Both the position numbers and the translations under genes were made by a program. Under the pieces are notes generated by a model. The model saw only the letters and a list, made by a program, of their open reading frames with translations. It made no database searches and was not told where the DNA came from. Below, piece after piece: positions 20,376 to 30,513 of a stretch of DNA of 64,000 nt. Location: NCBI GenBank assembly GCA_023484045.1, contig JAMDAA010000022.1, positions 4,201-68,200 on the forward strand, in the 5' to 3' direction. Position 1 is the first letter of the stretch, and each line of letters starts with the position of its first letter. This DNA comes from Patescibacteria group bacterium. Its GTDB lineage: Bacteria; Patescibacteriota; Microgenomatia; Levybacterales; UBA12049.

Positions 20376-20765
20376 TTAATCCTCATCTAATATCTTTAAC
20401 AACTGCTGCCGTTTCTTCGGACTAATTTTTTGAATTTCTTTTACGAAATGAGTTAATACCTCTTCGCCCAGAGTAGAAACGGCGGACGAGAAAATACCAT
20501 GAACAGCTTTGGCCATAAATTGGTCTTTAGTTCCTTTGGGTTTATATAAATAGCTTTGTCCACTAAGATACCTAACTAAAATACCTTTATTTGCAAGTCT
20601 TACCATTATAGTCATTACAGTTGTGTAAGCAATTCGTCGCCTTTTCTCTAAAATTTCAGTCACATCTTTAACAGAAACTGCTTTTTTTTGACTCCAGATA
20701 ATTTCCATTATCTTAGATTCTAGCTCTCCCAGGACTTTACCAGTAACCCCAGTTTTTTTGTTCAT
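20376..20765 (-). CDS. BlaI/MecI/CopY-family transcriptional repressor
   Basis: 129 aa. Winged-helix AYTTVMTIMVRLANKGIL typical of the penicillinase-repressor family. No C-terminal Cys cluster. Confidence 0.8.
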   Translation of the reverse strand: MNKKTGVTGKVLGELESKIMEIIWSQKKAVSVKDVTEILEKRRRIAYTTVMTIMVRLANKGILVRYLSGQSYLYKPKGTKDQFMAKAVHGIFSSAVSTLGEEVLTHFVKEIQKISPKKRQQLLKILDED

Positions 20766-20796
20766 ATTACTAACTATTGTAGTACTCGATTCCTAG

Positions 20797-22206
20797 TTAG
20801 TCAAATGGGTTGACGAGGGGTAAAGAAATTATAACGGAAGTACCTTTTCCGACTTTACTAACTATTTTAATCAGTCCTTTATGTGCCTGAATTATTCCCT
20901 GGGCGATTGCCAGGCCTAAGCCAGATCCTAATGTTTTAGTTGTTTTTGAGCCTCTGTAAAAACGTTCAAAAACATGAGGAAGTTCTTTTTCCGAAATACC
21001 TGCTCCCGTATCTTTGATCTCGAGAATCGCGCGTTTATTTCTTTTATAAAGCGCAATCGAGACCAAGCCCTTATTTGGAGTATATTTTATTGCGTTATCG
21101 ACAATATTTAAAATAGCGCGGGAAATTTTGTCTTCATCTCCTGTAATTTCCAAATTTGCTTCTATTTTTTCCTGCAATTTTATTTGTTTTTGCGATCCCA
21201 GTTTTAAAGCGATTTCCCTGATTTCATTGACGACATTAGACAAGTTGAAATACCGTTCTCCCAATTGCGCGTTTTCCGCCTCGAGCCAAGCTAAATCAAG
21301 TATGTTTTTAATTATCGTCGAAAGCCGGTTTGCGTCTACTAAAGTTTCTTCTAAAGCCCGTTTGTATTCATGCTCTGTTCTTTTTTTGGAAAGAACAAGC
21401 TCGATTTCGCTTCTTAGTGTTGCGACCGGAGTTTTAAGCTCGTGGGCAACATCGCCTATAAATTGCCTTTCCCTGTGAAACGCTTCTTGCATGCGACCCA
21501 AAAGATTATTAAAAGTGGTGGTTAGTTTCTCGATTTCATCCTCTGTTTTTGGATTATCGATTCTTTCGTCTAAATGTTCTGATGATATTTTTTCCATTCT
21601 GTTGCTGATATTGGATATCGGACGCATTATTTTACCGGCCAACAGTCTTCCTCCTAAAATAGTCGGTAAAATAAGGAGCAAAAAAACAATGCCAAGGGTA
21701 TTTAGCAACGAATTTAACGACTTTTGAATTGCGTCGATCGGATGGGCAACAAGAATTACTCCGGCAAGAGAATTGTTATATCGAACAGCTTGAGCGGTAA
21801 AACGCATCGGAGAATTTTTAATATCCTCGTTTGAGTAAACAGCTTGATTCGTGTGTTTTGCGCTCTCAAAAAGAGATTTGTAGAAATCATGCGGGTTTTC
21901 GGTAGTTAAGGAACTATTCACCGCATTGCCGTCTTTGTCCAGAAGCACCACAACCATTCCCGGAATTTGGCTAAATTCGGAGTACAGTTGTTGTTTTAGC
22001 ATCGCTTCGTGCATATTAACTCCTTGACGGGTTACTATTTCCGTAAGTTTCACTGCGTGTGTAGAAAGCTCTTTGTCGACCTGACTAAAAATAATTTGCC
22101 GTGTGACAAAATAAAAGCTCGAAAATATAAACGCGGTTGCTAAAAAAAGAGTTAAAGTATACCACAATAAAATTCTGAATCTGATGCTTTTCGTATTTAT
22201 AATCAT
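20797..22206 (-). CDS. two-component sensor histidine kinase
   Basis: 469 aa. H-box DVAHELKTPVA and HATPase boxes. Overlaps the upstream response-regulator gene by 4 nt. Confidence 0.85.
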   Translation of the reverse strand: MIINTKSIRFRILLWYTLTLFLATAFIFSSFYFVTRQIIFSQVDKELSTHAVKLTEIVTRQGVNMHEAMLKQQLYSEFSQIPGMVVVLLDKDGNAVNSSLTTENPHDFYKSLFESAKHTNQAVYSNEDIKNSPMRFTAQAVRYNNSLAGVILVAHPIDAIQKSLNSLLNTLGIVFLLLILPTILGGRLLAGKIMRPISNISNRMEKISSEHLDERIDNPKTEDEIEKLTTTFNNLLGRMQEAFHRERQFIGDVAHELKTPVATLRSEIELVLSKKRTEHEYKRALEETLVDANRLSTIIKNILDLAWLEAENAQLGERYFNLSNVVNEIREIALKLGSQKQIKLQEKIEANLEITGDEDKISRAILNIVDNAIKYTPNKGLVSIALYKRNKRAILEIKDTGAGISEKELPHVFERFYRGSKTTKTLGSGLGLAIAQGIIQAHKGLIKIVSKVGKGTSVIISLPLVNPFD

Positions 22207-22871
22207 TCGTTTATTCTGTATCCGACTCCGTGAATTGTTTGAATAAGTTTTACTTTAGTGCCTGAATCGATTTTTTTTCTAAGGGATGCGACGAAAACAT
22301 CAACGACATTACTCATCCCGTCAAAGTTGTAATCCCATACGTGTTCGATAATCATGGTTCTTGTAATAACTTCTCCTTTGTGGCGCAGTAAAAATTCCAA
22401 AATCGAAAACTCTTTTGGAGTTAGATTAATAATTTTTGTTCCGCGCTTTATGATATGTTTTAAAGGATCTGCTTCCAAATCTCTGGCTTTTAGTATGGGA
22501 GATGAATCTTTGTGGCTTCTTCTGATTAATGCGTGAATACGCGAACGAAACTCCAAAAAAGAAAATGGTTTAGTTATATAATCGTCGGCGCCGCTGTCCA
22601 GTCCCGCGACCTTATCTTCTGTTGTCGATTTTGCGGTTAGCATAAGAATCGGAATTTTTACGTTTTTATTCCTTAATTCCCTGCACACTTTAAGACCGTC
22701 AATTTTAGGAAGCATAATATCCAGAACAATCAAGTCGTATTGTTCCGACTCTCCTAAATATAACCCTTCTTCTCCGTCGAATGCCTGATCAATGGCAAAA
22801 CCGTCTTCTAGGAGCCCCTTTTTTATTATGTTTGACAGACGTCTTTCATCCTCGATCACTAAAATTCTCAT
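22203..22871 (-). CDS. OmpR-family response regulator (receiver plus winged helix)
   Basis: 222 aa. Receiver motifs (DLIVLDIMLP, Asp and Lys positions) and a C-terminal trans_reg_C pattern (VHGVGYR). Confidence 0.9.
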   Translation of the reverse strand: MRILVIEDERRLSNIIKKGLLEDGFAIDQAFDGEEGLYLGESEQYDLIVLDIMLPKIDGLKVCRELRNKNVKIPILMLTAKSTTEDKVAGLDSGADDYITKPFSFLEFRSRIHALIRRSHKDSSPILKARDLEADPLKHIIKRGTKIINLTPKEFSILEFLLRHKGEVITRTMIIEHVWDYNFDGMSNVVDVFVASLRKKIDSGTKVKLIQTIHGVGYRINE

Positions 22872-22989
22872 AAATATAATGATAATTATATCACAAAAAG
22901 TTAAAAAATTATGAAGATTTAATTAAAACGAAATTTAAAACACCGCACCCGCCGCCTGTTTTTGGAGGTTGTTCGATAATTTCTGTATT

Positions 22990-23814
22990 TTATTTTTCAT
23001 TATCTCCTTTGTATTTTAATAATTTGTAAAAAATAAACAGAATTACGGCAAAAACCGTTAAATCGATAATCGGATTTTGAAAATATTTGGCGATTCCAAA
23101 AACTGTCAGACGAATTGTCTGACTGTATGATTCCATCTGATTCATTTGAATCTTCCCCTGATAATTAAAAACTGCGATTAATACTCCTGTTATAAAAAAG
23201 ATAACGGCTCCCAAAAACTTTAAGACTTTATATATTTTTTGTCTGTTTTTTCCTGCAATCTTTGCCGTTGCCTTTTGATAAAACATCGACATAATAAACA
23301 AAGGCATAACAATACCGGTTACATACGATAGCGAAACTATAAGCGCCTGGAAAAGTGTTGGAGAAAGAGAAGTTAGTGTTACAGCCGCAAACAAAACGGG
23401 CGCACAGCAGGCAGACGTCAGTCCCGACATTAATCCTAAGCCGAATACACTCACAGTACTAATTTTTTTGTTATCAGGAGCGGATACGTGAAAAAACTGG
23501 GGGAGGTGAAAAACCGGCTTTAGAGTCATTGTCCCCATTAGAATCATTACAAAAGCTCCGATGTAATAGACTTGCAAATGATAGGTGTCGAGGAAAAAAA
23601 TCGCTGATCTTATGCCTAAAGCGATCGGTACAAGCACAAAAGCGAGTCCCAAGGCAAATATAAGCGTATAGTACATAACCCTGTTCTTTTCTTTGAAAAT
23701 GGTTCCTAAATACGACGGGAAAAGAAAAGTAATGCAGCAAGGAGCAAACAGGGCTAAAACCCCGGCTAAAAATGACGCGGTTAAAGAAATTCCGAATAAA
23801 AAATTTGAATCCAT
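22990..23814 (-). CDS. CcdA/DsbD-family transmembrane thiol-disulfide transporter (third paralog)
   Basis: 274 aa. FAPCCITFLFPSY and SACCAPVLFAAV motifs. Confidence 0.65.
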   Translation of the reverse strand: MDSNFLFGISLTASFLAGVLALFAPCCITFLFPSYLGTIFKEKNRVMYYTLIFALGLAFVLVPIALGIRSAIFFLDTYHLQVYYIGAFVMILMGTMTLKPVFHLPQFFHVSAPDNKKISTVSVFGLGLMSGLTSACCAPVLFAAVTLTSLSPTLFQALIVSLSYVTGIVMPLFIMSMFYQKATAKIAGKNRQKIYKVLKFLGAVIFFITGVLIAVFNYQGKIQMNQMESYSQTIRLTVFGIAKYFQNPIIDLTVFAVILFIFYKLLKYKGDNEK

Positions 23815-23816
23815 AT

Positions 23817-24314
23817 TTATTTGACGTTTGCTTTGATGCTAAAAACAAGTTTTTGATTTAGCGGATCATTAGTCGTTACATAAACTTCGCGTTCAACAAA
23901 TCCATACACAGGCATTGTAGCCGGTCTATAAATCAATCTAATAGTAGCTGTGTCACCAGGAACAATTTCTGTGACATACCCACTTTGTGAGTGCATGCCG
24001 TATTCTTTACTCGTAAAATCTTTATAGATAATTTGTCCGGCGGTACAACCGCAACTGGAATTAATATTAAGAATTTGCAAAGGTTTGCTTCCGGTATTTT
24101 TTAAAAAAAAATCTTTTTGTTTGATGTCAGAAACCTTAATATTGCCAAAATCGAAAAAATTTACTGCAGTTTCTGCTTTCGGGCGATTATTTTCTTTAAT
24201 AGAATATGTTGTTGTATTAGGTACTGGTTTTTGCCCCGATATCATGAGAAACGACAATGCGACAACAAGAACAATAAAACCGATCAAACCAAAAATAATT
24301 GTTTTTACAGACAT
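23817..24314 (-). CDS. secreted DUF1573-like protein
   Basis: 165 aa. FDFGNI...F.LKNTGSKPLQILNINSSCGCT matches the DUF1573 signature. Confidence 0.5.
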   Translation of the reverse strand: MSVKTIIFGLIGFIVLVVALSFLMISGQKPVPNTTTYSIKENNRPKAETAVNFFDFGNIKVSDIKQKDFFLKNTGSKPLQILNINSSCGCTAGQIIYKDFTSKEYGMHSQSGYVTEIVPGDTATIRLIYRPATMPVYGFVEREVYVTTNDPLNQKLVFSIKANVK

Positions 24315-24433
24315 TTTATTGAAATATTACACGGGAGTGGATTAAGATTTTGTGAAGAAGATGAAATTAGGGTATGTTTTATTGTATAATACTCCTCGTG
24401 AAAAAAAAGCGCAAAAAAAAGTATAATAAATTC

Positions 24434-25309
24434 ATGCTCAAGTTAAGGATTGGATCGGTTCTATTTTTTGTCTTGTTTATTATTCTTGTTTTGGAAAATT
24501 TTTATATATATTCGCCCAAAAAAATCACACGTAAAAACAGCGTGCGTCGCGTTGTTGCGTCTGCAAATATTATTCCAACCCCGACTGTTACCCCGACCGT
24601 AATCAAAAAGGCAGAAGTTACTCCAACTCCGGCGTATTACGGTTTTTGTTTGCGGGTTCCTGTTTTAATGTATCACCACGTTGAACCGATGGCGGTCGCT
24701 AAAGAGAAAGGTGACACATTATTTGCCGTTGACAGTGGAATTTTTGAGGGGCAAATGGCATATCTTAATTCGGCAGGATACACGACGATTCCGGCGAAAC
24801 AATTAATCGAAGCGCTTCGAAATCATTCAGGGCTTCCAGGTAAAAGTGTTGTTGTGACTCTCGACGATGGGTACAGTGATGCTTATCAATACGCGTACCC
24901 GATCGCACAGAGATACCGTATTATTTTGAATTTAGCAATTCCGACCGGTCTTATTAGCGGGGAAAGATACATGAATTGGGGCCAAATCGAGGAGATGTCG
25001 CGAAGCGGAATCGTAAATTTTATCGATCACACGTGGTCGCATTATTCTGTTAATCGCGGACCGCTCGAAAAAATTAAATACGAAATCGAGACGGCTAAAA
25101 CCCAGCTCGAGCAGCACACTGGCCAAAAAATTGATGTTTTTGTGTATCCGTATGGTTCATCTAGCCCGACATCGATTAATGTTTTAGAACAAGACGGTTT
25201 TATCGGTGCATTTTCGACTATTCCCGGAACTTACCAATGTGATTCATTTATTTTAAATCTTCACCGGACAAGAGTCGGCAACGCTCCCCTTTCGGCCTAC
25301 GGGTTGTAA
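24434..25309 (+). CDS. polysaccharide deacetylase (NodB-homology domain), membrane-anchored
   Basis: Motifs VLMYHHV, VVTLDDGYSD, HTWSH. Start taken at the ATG at 24434 after an A-rich leader. Confidence 0.75.
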   Translation: MLKLRIGSVLFFVLFIILVLENFYIYSPKKITRKNSVRRVVASANIIPTPTVTPTVIKKAEVTPTPAYYGFCLRVPVLMYHHVEPMAVAKEKGDTLFAVDSGIFEGQMAYLNSAGYTTIPAKQLIEALRNHSGLPGKSVVVTLDDGYSDAYQYAYPIAQRYRIILNLAIPTGLISGERYMNWGQIEEMSRSGIVNFIDHTWSHYSVNRGPLEKIKYEIETAKTQLEQHTGQKIDVFVYPYGSSSPTSINVLEQDGFIGAFSTIPGTYQCDSFILNLHRTRVGNAPLSAYGL

Positions 25310-25408
25310 ATTGATATAGTAATCACCAAGAGTAATCATCAAGGAGAGTTCTTGCATTAAGCTAACAAGGTCTCTCCTCTCTTCTTCTTGCTCTTCTTGC
25401 TCTTCTTG

Positions 25409-26092
25409 TTAACCATTTACTTCTTCCAAAGTAAGTTCTTTTAGTGCATATTCGGGGTTTTCTTTAAAATCTTCGACAAAGTTTTGATACGAAAAAATAT
25501 CTGACTTTGCTGTATTTTTTGATTTTTTAAAATAAGATGAAATTTCATCGATTTTTATCCAATCGGCGGTTTTACTTTTAAGATAATAGGGGTAACTCGA
25601 AAATTGGACATAGTCAAATTTTGAACTCTTTAATTTCATTGGGTTTCTATGAATATAGGAAGATAAATATAGATTTTGTTCTTCGGTTTCTATAAGAGCT
25701 GCTTTATAAACACTTTCGAACAGTGTTCCAATTCTTTTGTATTTATTATTGTAATACCGAACAAAACATGTCAAAACTCTTCTCGTTAATTTTTGTATAG
25801 CCTCTTTTGTATATTGTTTAACTTGTAAATGAAAGTGATTTGGCATTAATGTGAAAGACAAAAGATCAATCTCGCGATTCAAATTTAAATTATTTATTTT
25901 ATAAAGAAGTTTGGGCGACAAGGGTTTATCCTTAAGAAGATTTTGTGGCGTATCTAAATAGAGCTTTAGATAATGGAGGAAAACCGTGCAGTCTTTTTCA
26001 TCTATGAAAATTTCTTTCTTATCGATTCCCCTGTTATAAATATGATAATAACCATTTTCGACATACGTTTTAAGTGTGTTTTTACCCGGCAT
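25409..26092 (-). CDS. Y1 HUH transposase (IS200/IS605 TnpA or REP-associated RAYT-like)
   Basis: 227 aa. HUH motif MPNHFHLQV and catalytic-Tyr motif SSYIHRNPMK. Confidence 0.65.
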   Translation of the reverse strand: MPGKNTLKTYVENGYYHIYNRGIDKKEIFIDEKDCTVFLHYLKLYLDTPQNLLKDKPLSPKLLYKINNLNLNREIDLLSFTLMPNHFHLQVKQYTKEAIQKLTRRVLTCFVRYYNNKYKRIGTLFESVYKAALIETEEQNLYLSSYIHRNPMKLKSSKFDYVQFSSYPYYLKSKTADWIKIDEISSYFKKSKNTAKSDIFSYQNFVEDFKENPEYALKELTLEEVNG

Positions 26093-26214
26093 AGTTTATA
26101 AATATAATTTTAATATAGTTTTATTTTTGCATATCAGAGCAGTCTTTTGCAAGGACTCTCCTTGTAATGAAGAAGTTTGATATCTTTTATTCTGTTGTAA
26201 TTTGATTTATCTTC

Positions 26215-27018
26215 GTGTATTTTTTAAGTATGCCCAATTCTTCTTATAAGACAATTCTTCACATCGACTTCGATTCATCCTTTGCCAGTTGTGGACAACA
26301 ATATAATCCCAAGCTTCAAAAGAAACCAATCGGAGTCACTGCGGTAAACGGTAGAACTTGTATTATCGCTTCAAGCCGCGAGGCAAAAATTTTAGGGATA
26401 AAAACGGGAATGCGAACTTTTGAAGCTAAGAAAATCTGTCCGTCGGTAACATTCGTGCCGGCAAATTTTGTCAGATATTGGGAAGTTAGTAAAAAGTTCA
26501 TAAACATCTGCAAAGATTATTCGCCGCTGGTCGAAGTTTTCTCGATCGACGAATTATTTATCGACGCAACCTCAACCCTTCATCTTTTCGGTGGCGTATA
26601 TGGAATTATTTCAAAAATTAAAAAACGGATTAAAGCAGAAATCGGTGGATATATCACGGCCAAAATTCGCATCGGGACTCGATAAGCCAAACGGAATCGT
26701 CGAAATTGAAAAAAAGACGTCAGGATAGATTCTTTAATCTCAGAAGATTTTTACTTAAACACAAATTATATACGGCAAATTCATATTTATGTTTCAAATC
26801 TTGAAGACAAGAATAATTTAATGACTTCTCTTTTCGATTCTGATCAAAAGAAAGACAGGGTTACAAAAGTAGTCGATAAAATTAACGAAAAATTCGGAGA
26901 TCACACGATAAGAAACGGATTTCTACTCTATAGTGAAAAATTGACTACGACCCAGAACGGTTTTGGGTCTGATAAATACGAAAGAGTTAAGCTTACAGGC
27001 TCGGCTACTCGCGTTTGA
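26215..27018 (+). pseudogene. dinB: degraded Y-family DNA polymerase IV gene
   Basis: N-terminal 156 aa (ILHIDFDSSFASCG.., SIDELFID) ends at a frameshift in an A4 tract near 26663. The +1 frame continues FASGLDKPNGIVEI. About 100 aa are missing before the C-terminal fragment at 26821-27018. Confidence 0.65.
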
Positions 27019-27823
27019 GATCGGAGACAGATTTTGCCTCGGAAATAATTTGTTGAATTTTATTTTCGGAAAGATCAAGAATTCCAAGTTTAGTAGAATC
27101 GCTAACGATATCTTTACATAAAACTATGTGGTTTTTTAATAATTCTTGCTTTTGATTACCGGAAAGTGAAGAAAGAACAGTGATCGGGATGAGATCAAAT
27201 TTTTCGACTAAATCTCTTAAACTTTCGCCGTTCGGATAGCTCCAGCTTATAATTTTCATCCCGACGCACGACCCGTAAGTTATCGAATCCCCTGTTACTT
27301 TGGTGTTCGTAATTAAAAAAACATTCGAAAGCTTATTTTTTTCTTTTACATCGTCAAATCTTGCTTTGGTATACATCGCGACGTGTATGTCTGACCGGGT
27401 TCCCGGTAAATTATGGTATTTTACCTCGACCATAATTTTTTCGTTCGTTTTTTCGGCTAAAACATCGATTTCGTGACTTATACACTTCCCCTGCAATATT
27501 TTTCTGACGATTGTTTGGAATCCTTGGGCTTCGAGAATTTTTGAGATAAAGTCTTCAAAAGGGAAACCTGTCGGTCCTAAACTCATAATAGCCTGTTTTA
27601 AGCCGTATTTTGCGCTCGCGTATGGGATTTGCGATTTTTCCAAAAATCCGACGATCTGAGAATAAATTTCCGAAGTCGAAATGTTATTGCGGAGCTTTTT
27701 TTTAATATTCCCGATAACCTGATCTCGCAAATTTTCCGGAATTCCGGCGCGTGCGATCGAGCTCCTTACTTTTTGTTCACTGAAGGGCTCTTTTTCCCCA
27801 TTTGCTTTAATTACGTAAATCAC
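27005..27823 (-). CDS. ATP-cone domain protein fused to a PD-(D/E)xK-like nuclease core
   Basis: 272 aa. N-terminus MIYVIKANGEKEPFSEQKVRSSIARAGIP is ATP-cone-like. Mid-region HEIDVLAEK..IMVEVKYH fits a D..E.K nuclease motif. Confidence 0.45.
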   Translation of the reverse strand: MIYVIKANGEKEPFSEQKVRSSIARAGIPENLRDQVIGNIKKKLRNNISTSEIYSQIVGFLEKSQIPYASAKYGLKQAIMSLGPTGFPFEDFISKILEAQGFQTIVRKILQGKCISHEIDVLAEKTNEKIMVEVKYHNLPGTRSDIHVAMYTKARFDDVKEKNKLSNVFLITNTKVTGDSITYGSCVGMKIISWSYPNGESLRDLVEKFDLIPITVLSSLSGNQKQELLKNHIVLCKDIVSDSTKLGILDLSENKIQQIISEAKSVSDLKRE

Positions 27824-27840
27824 ACTTTAATCGTAGCAGA

Positions 27841-30222
27841 TTAATTTATTTTTTTAAATGCGATAAAATCGTCAATTTCTTTTATTACGATGTATCGAGG
27901 ATTACTTTTTAATTTTGTCACCATTTCTTTTTGGGCTTTTAGCGATGGCTGGGCGAATTGGTCGTTGAGTAAAAATATAACGATATTTGCCTTGTCGACT
28001 CCGATCGGAATCGTGTAGATATTTTTGCGGTGAGAAAGGTGCGCACCTAAATTATTGGTCGCGGCGATACTGTATCGTTTTGAAATGTGCGCGAGAAAAT
28101 CGACGACTTCATTTTTATGGATGTAAGGTTTCACAAACATATCAATATTCGGCGTTTTAGAGCCCGGAAGCGGGCCGAAAGAATAGGCCGAATATAAAGT
28201 TGCAATGGTTAAATATAAAACAAAGGCAAAAATTGGAATTTTCGGGAAAATCTTTTTTATTTGTTTTATCCCGTAGATCGCAGAGATAAATATAAACGGT
28301 GTTATGGTCGCACTATACTGAAAATATATTTGATGAAGCTGAAGGTTGTTGCTTAAAAGATTAATTAATAGATCGGGAAGTAAGAATATTAAATACAACG
28401 GAGAAAAAAGCGATAAATATCCAAGTGGCAAAAATAACTGGTTTAAATAATGGAGTTTTGCCGGTTGAACAATCGCGAGTATTGTTTTTTGCGGATGAAT
28501 AATTAAATTTCCTATAATCGATCCAGGTGACGACCCAAAATCCGAATAGTAACTAATCGCAAAATGATTTCCACCGCGCGCAGATGGAATCGCGATAGAA
28601 ATTAAATAATAAAAAACTCCGATTGAAAAAAGAAATAATATTAATCCCAAAACGTATTCTAAGCTTCTGTTTTTATTCGAGTTCACTCTTTTAATATCTA
28701 AATAAATATTAGATACGATTAAATATAATCCGAAGAGAGATATAATTGCCCACACCTGCTCTTTAGTAACCGCAGATAATACCGAAAAAATAATAAACAG
28801 GATATATTTTTTTTTAATCATGTAATAAAACGCGGCGAGCAAAAAAGTCGTCGCAAGCGACACGGCGTGAAAATCGTATAAATTAGTATATTGAATCGCG
28901 GGGCTTAAAAGGTAGACGGATGAAAAAACAAGGGCAAGATTTTTGTTTTTTAAAACATGTTTTGCGAGAAGGTAAGCAAAAATCGCGCCGATACCTAAAA
29001 CGACAGTTTGAATTAAAAGAAGCATTCTCGGATCGTTCCAGACGTAATAAAACGGGGTAATAAGGATTAAAATAAAATCTGCGTGGAACGCGAGTCTTGA
29101 AATATTATTAGTGCCGTCGGGGTCAGTTAATTGAAAAGTTCTGCCGTGCAGTGTATTCCAAACGGTTTGGTCCATGTTGCCCAAATCAAAGCGCCCGGCA
29201 TAAAAATTGTCGTATCTAAAAAAACTCGCGGTCGTAAAGTAAATAATGTAGATTAGGATAAATAGCGATAAAAAAATTGCTTGTTTATGTTCGCCGATAA
29301 AATTTTCCAAAAACAATACAACTCTGTTTTTTGAGTGGTACCAAACAAACGCAAAAACTAAAAAAATGATTTCAGAAAGAATTAGAATGACTCTCGCAAA
29401 TATTGAACCGAGTCCAGCAAGACTTAAAGGGATAAACTTTGCTAAACCGATCGTCATTATTCCTTCGCGTACGCCCAAACCCATCGGAGTAATAAACGAT
29501 AAGTAGCCGATCATAAGAGAAAAAACAAAAAAACCGATAAATGTTAGAAGGTAATACGGCTCTAAAAAGACGATCGAGGATATCGTAAAATATGTTCCGA
29601 TTCCGAAAAAGAAAAGGCAAAGTATAGAAATCATGAGTAAAAAAACGAGCGACCAGATCGAAAACCCCTTTAATACACTAAGAAGCTGGGAGTAAAATTT
29701 ATAGATCGAAACGGAGATTACTATAAATAAAAATAGTGCAACAAAAATCATCCAAAGTCCGACGTGAACAACGGGTGTTAAAATAAAAAAAATAAACGGA
29801 AGCGAAAAAAACGAAAAAATTGCACACGCGACAACGAGTAATACTCCCTCGGCGAGAAACGACACCGCGATATCTTTTTTACTTACTCCCCTTTTTGAAA
29901 AAATAACAGTCATCCCTAAAAACGACCAGATGTTTCCCGGGACAAATCGTTTGATTTGAGAAATTTCCCACAAAAAAGACAATTCTTTTAACGGAATTTC
30001 GTAACCTTTTTGTTTTAGTATCTGTTTCCAAAGGATAGCGCGTGTAAAAAAATAAGAAAAAAAACACAGAACCCCGAGCACTAGAAGTGCAAAATTTGTG
30101 TGCTCTAGGCTTACTAGAATTTGCGAACCGTTGGAATATACGACTTTAAATATAAAAAAAAGGGCGAGGATCGCGATTGGCCAGCCTAAGAGAAATTTAG
30201 AGATGTTTAATAATTTTTTCAT
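27841..30222 (-). CDS. large polytopic membrane protein (flippase-like N-terminal half, DUF2079-like C-terminal half)
   Basis: 793 aa with more than 15 TM helices. No catalytic motif recognised. Confidence 0.4.
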   Translation of the reverse strand: MKKLLNISKFLLGWPIAILALFFIFKVVYSNGSQILVSLEHTNFALLVLGVLCFFSYFFTRAILWKQILKQKGYEIPLKELSFLWEISQIKRFVPGNIWSFLGMTVIFSKRGVSKKDIAVSFLAEGVLLVVACAIFSFFSLPFIFFILTPVVHVGLWMIFVALFLFIVISVSIYKFYSQLLSVLKGFSIWSLVFLLMISILCLFFFGIGTYFTISSIVFLEPYYLLTFIGFFVFSLMIGYLSFITPMGLGVREGIMTIGLAKFIPLSLAGLGSIFARVILILSEIIFLVFAFVWYHSKNRVVLFLENFIGEHKQAIFLSLFILIYIIYFTTASFFRYDNFYAGRFDLGNMDQTVWNTLHGRTFQLTDPDGTNNISRLAFHADFILILITPFYYVWNDPRMLLLIQTVVLGIGAIFAYLLAKHVLKNKNLALVFSSVYLLSPAIQYTNLYDFHAVSLATTFLLAAFYYMIKKKYILFIIFSVLSAVTKEQVWAIISLFGLYLIVSNIYLDIKRVNSNKNRSLEYVLGLILFLFSIGVFYYLISIAIPSARGGNHFAISYYSDFGSSPGSIIGNLIIHPQKTILAIVQPAKLHYLNQLFLPLGYLSLFSPLYLIFLLPDLLINLLSNNLQLHQIYFQYSATITPFIFISAIYGIKQIKKIFPKIPIFAFVLYLTIATLYSAYSFGPLPGSKTPNIDMFVKPYIHKNEVVDFLAHISKRYSIAATNNLGAHLSHRKNIYTIPIGVDKANIVIFLLNDQFAQPSLKAQKEMVTKLKSNPRYIVIKEIDDFIAFKKIN

Positions 30223-30240
30223 GGGATTAAAACGGAGATG

Positions 30241-30313
30241 TGAGCTGCCGGGGACTCGAACCCCAAACCTACTCCTTAAGAGGGAGTTGCTCTACCAGTT
30301 GAGCTAGCAGCCC
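30241..30313 (-). tRNA. tRNA-Lys (anticodon CTT)
   Basis: Cloverleaf: acceptor GGGCTGC/GCAGCTC, anticodon stem ACTCC/GGAGT, loop CTCTTAA, T-loop TTCGAGT. No encoded CCA. Confidence 0.85.
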
Positions 30314-30425
30314 TTCGTAACTTCGTTACTCAGGATCTTCGACCCGCTTTATATTTTAGCTGTGATTTAGTATACTATAAACGTGTTATTTAGGGCAATA
30401 AGCTTCGTCTAAACGTTAAGGAAAA

Positions 30426-30500
30426 GCGCCTGTAGCTCAGTGGATTTAGAGCATCTCGCTTCGGACGAGAGGGTCGGGGGTTCGAATCCCTCCAGGCGCG
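30426..30500 (+). tRNA. tRNA-Arg (anticodon TCG)
   Basis: Acceptor GCGCCTG/CAGGCGC, anticodon stem TCTCG/CGAGA, loop CTTCGGA, T-loop TTCGAAT. Confidence 0.85.
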
Positions 30501-30513
30501 CAGAAGAGAACAT

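Noticed and set aside
25330-25400. CTCTTCTTG-like simple repeat between the deacetylase and the transposase considered as a regulatory or IS terminal repeat
   Set aside because: Only about 3 imperfect units. It sits between convergent gene ends. No inverted partner was found on the other side of the transposase.
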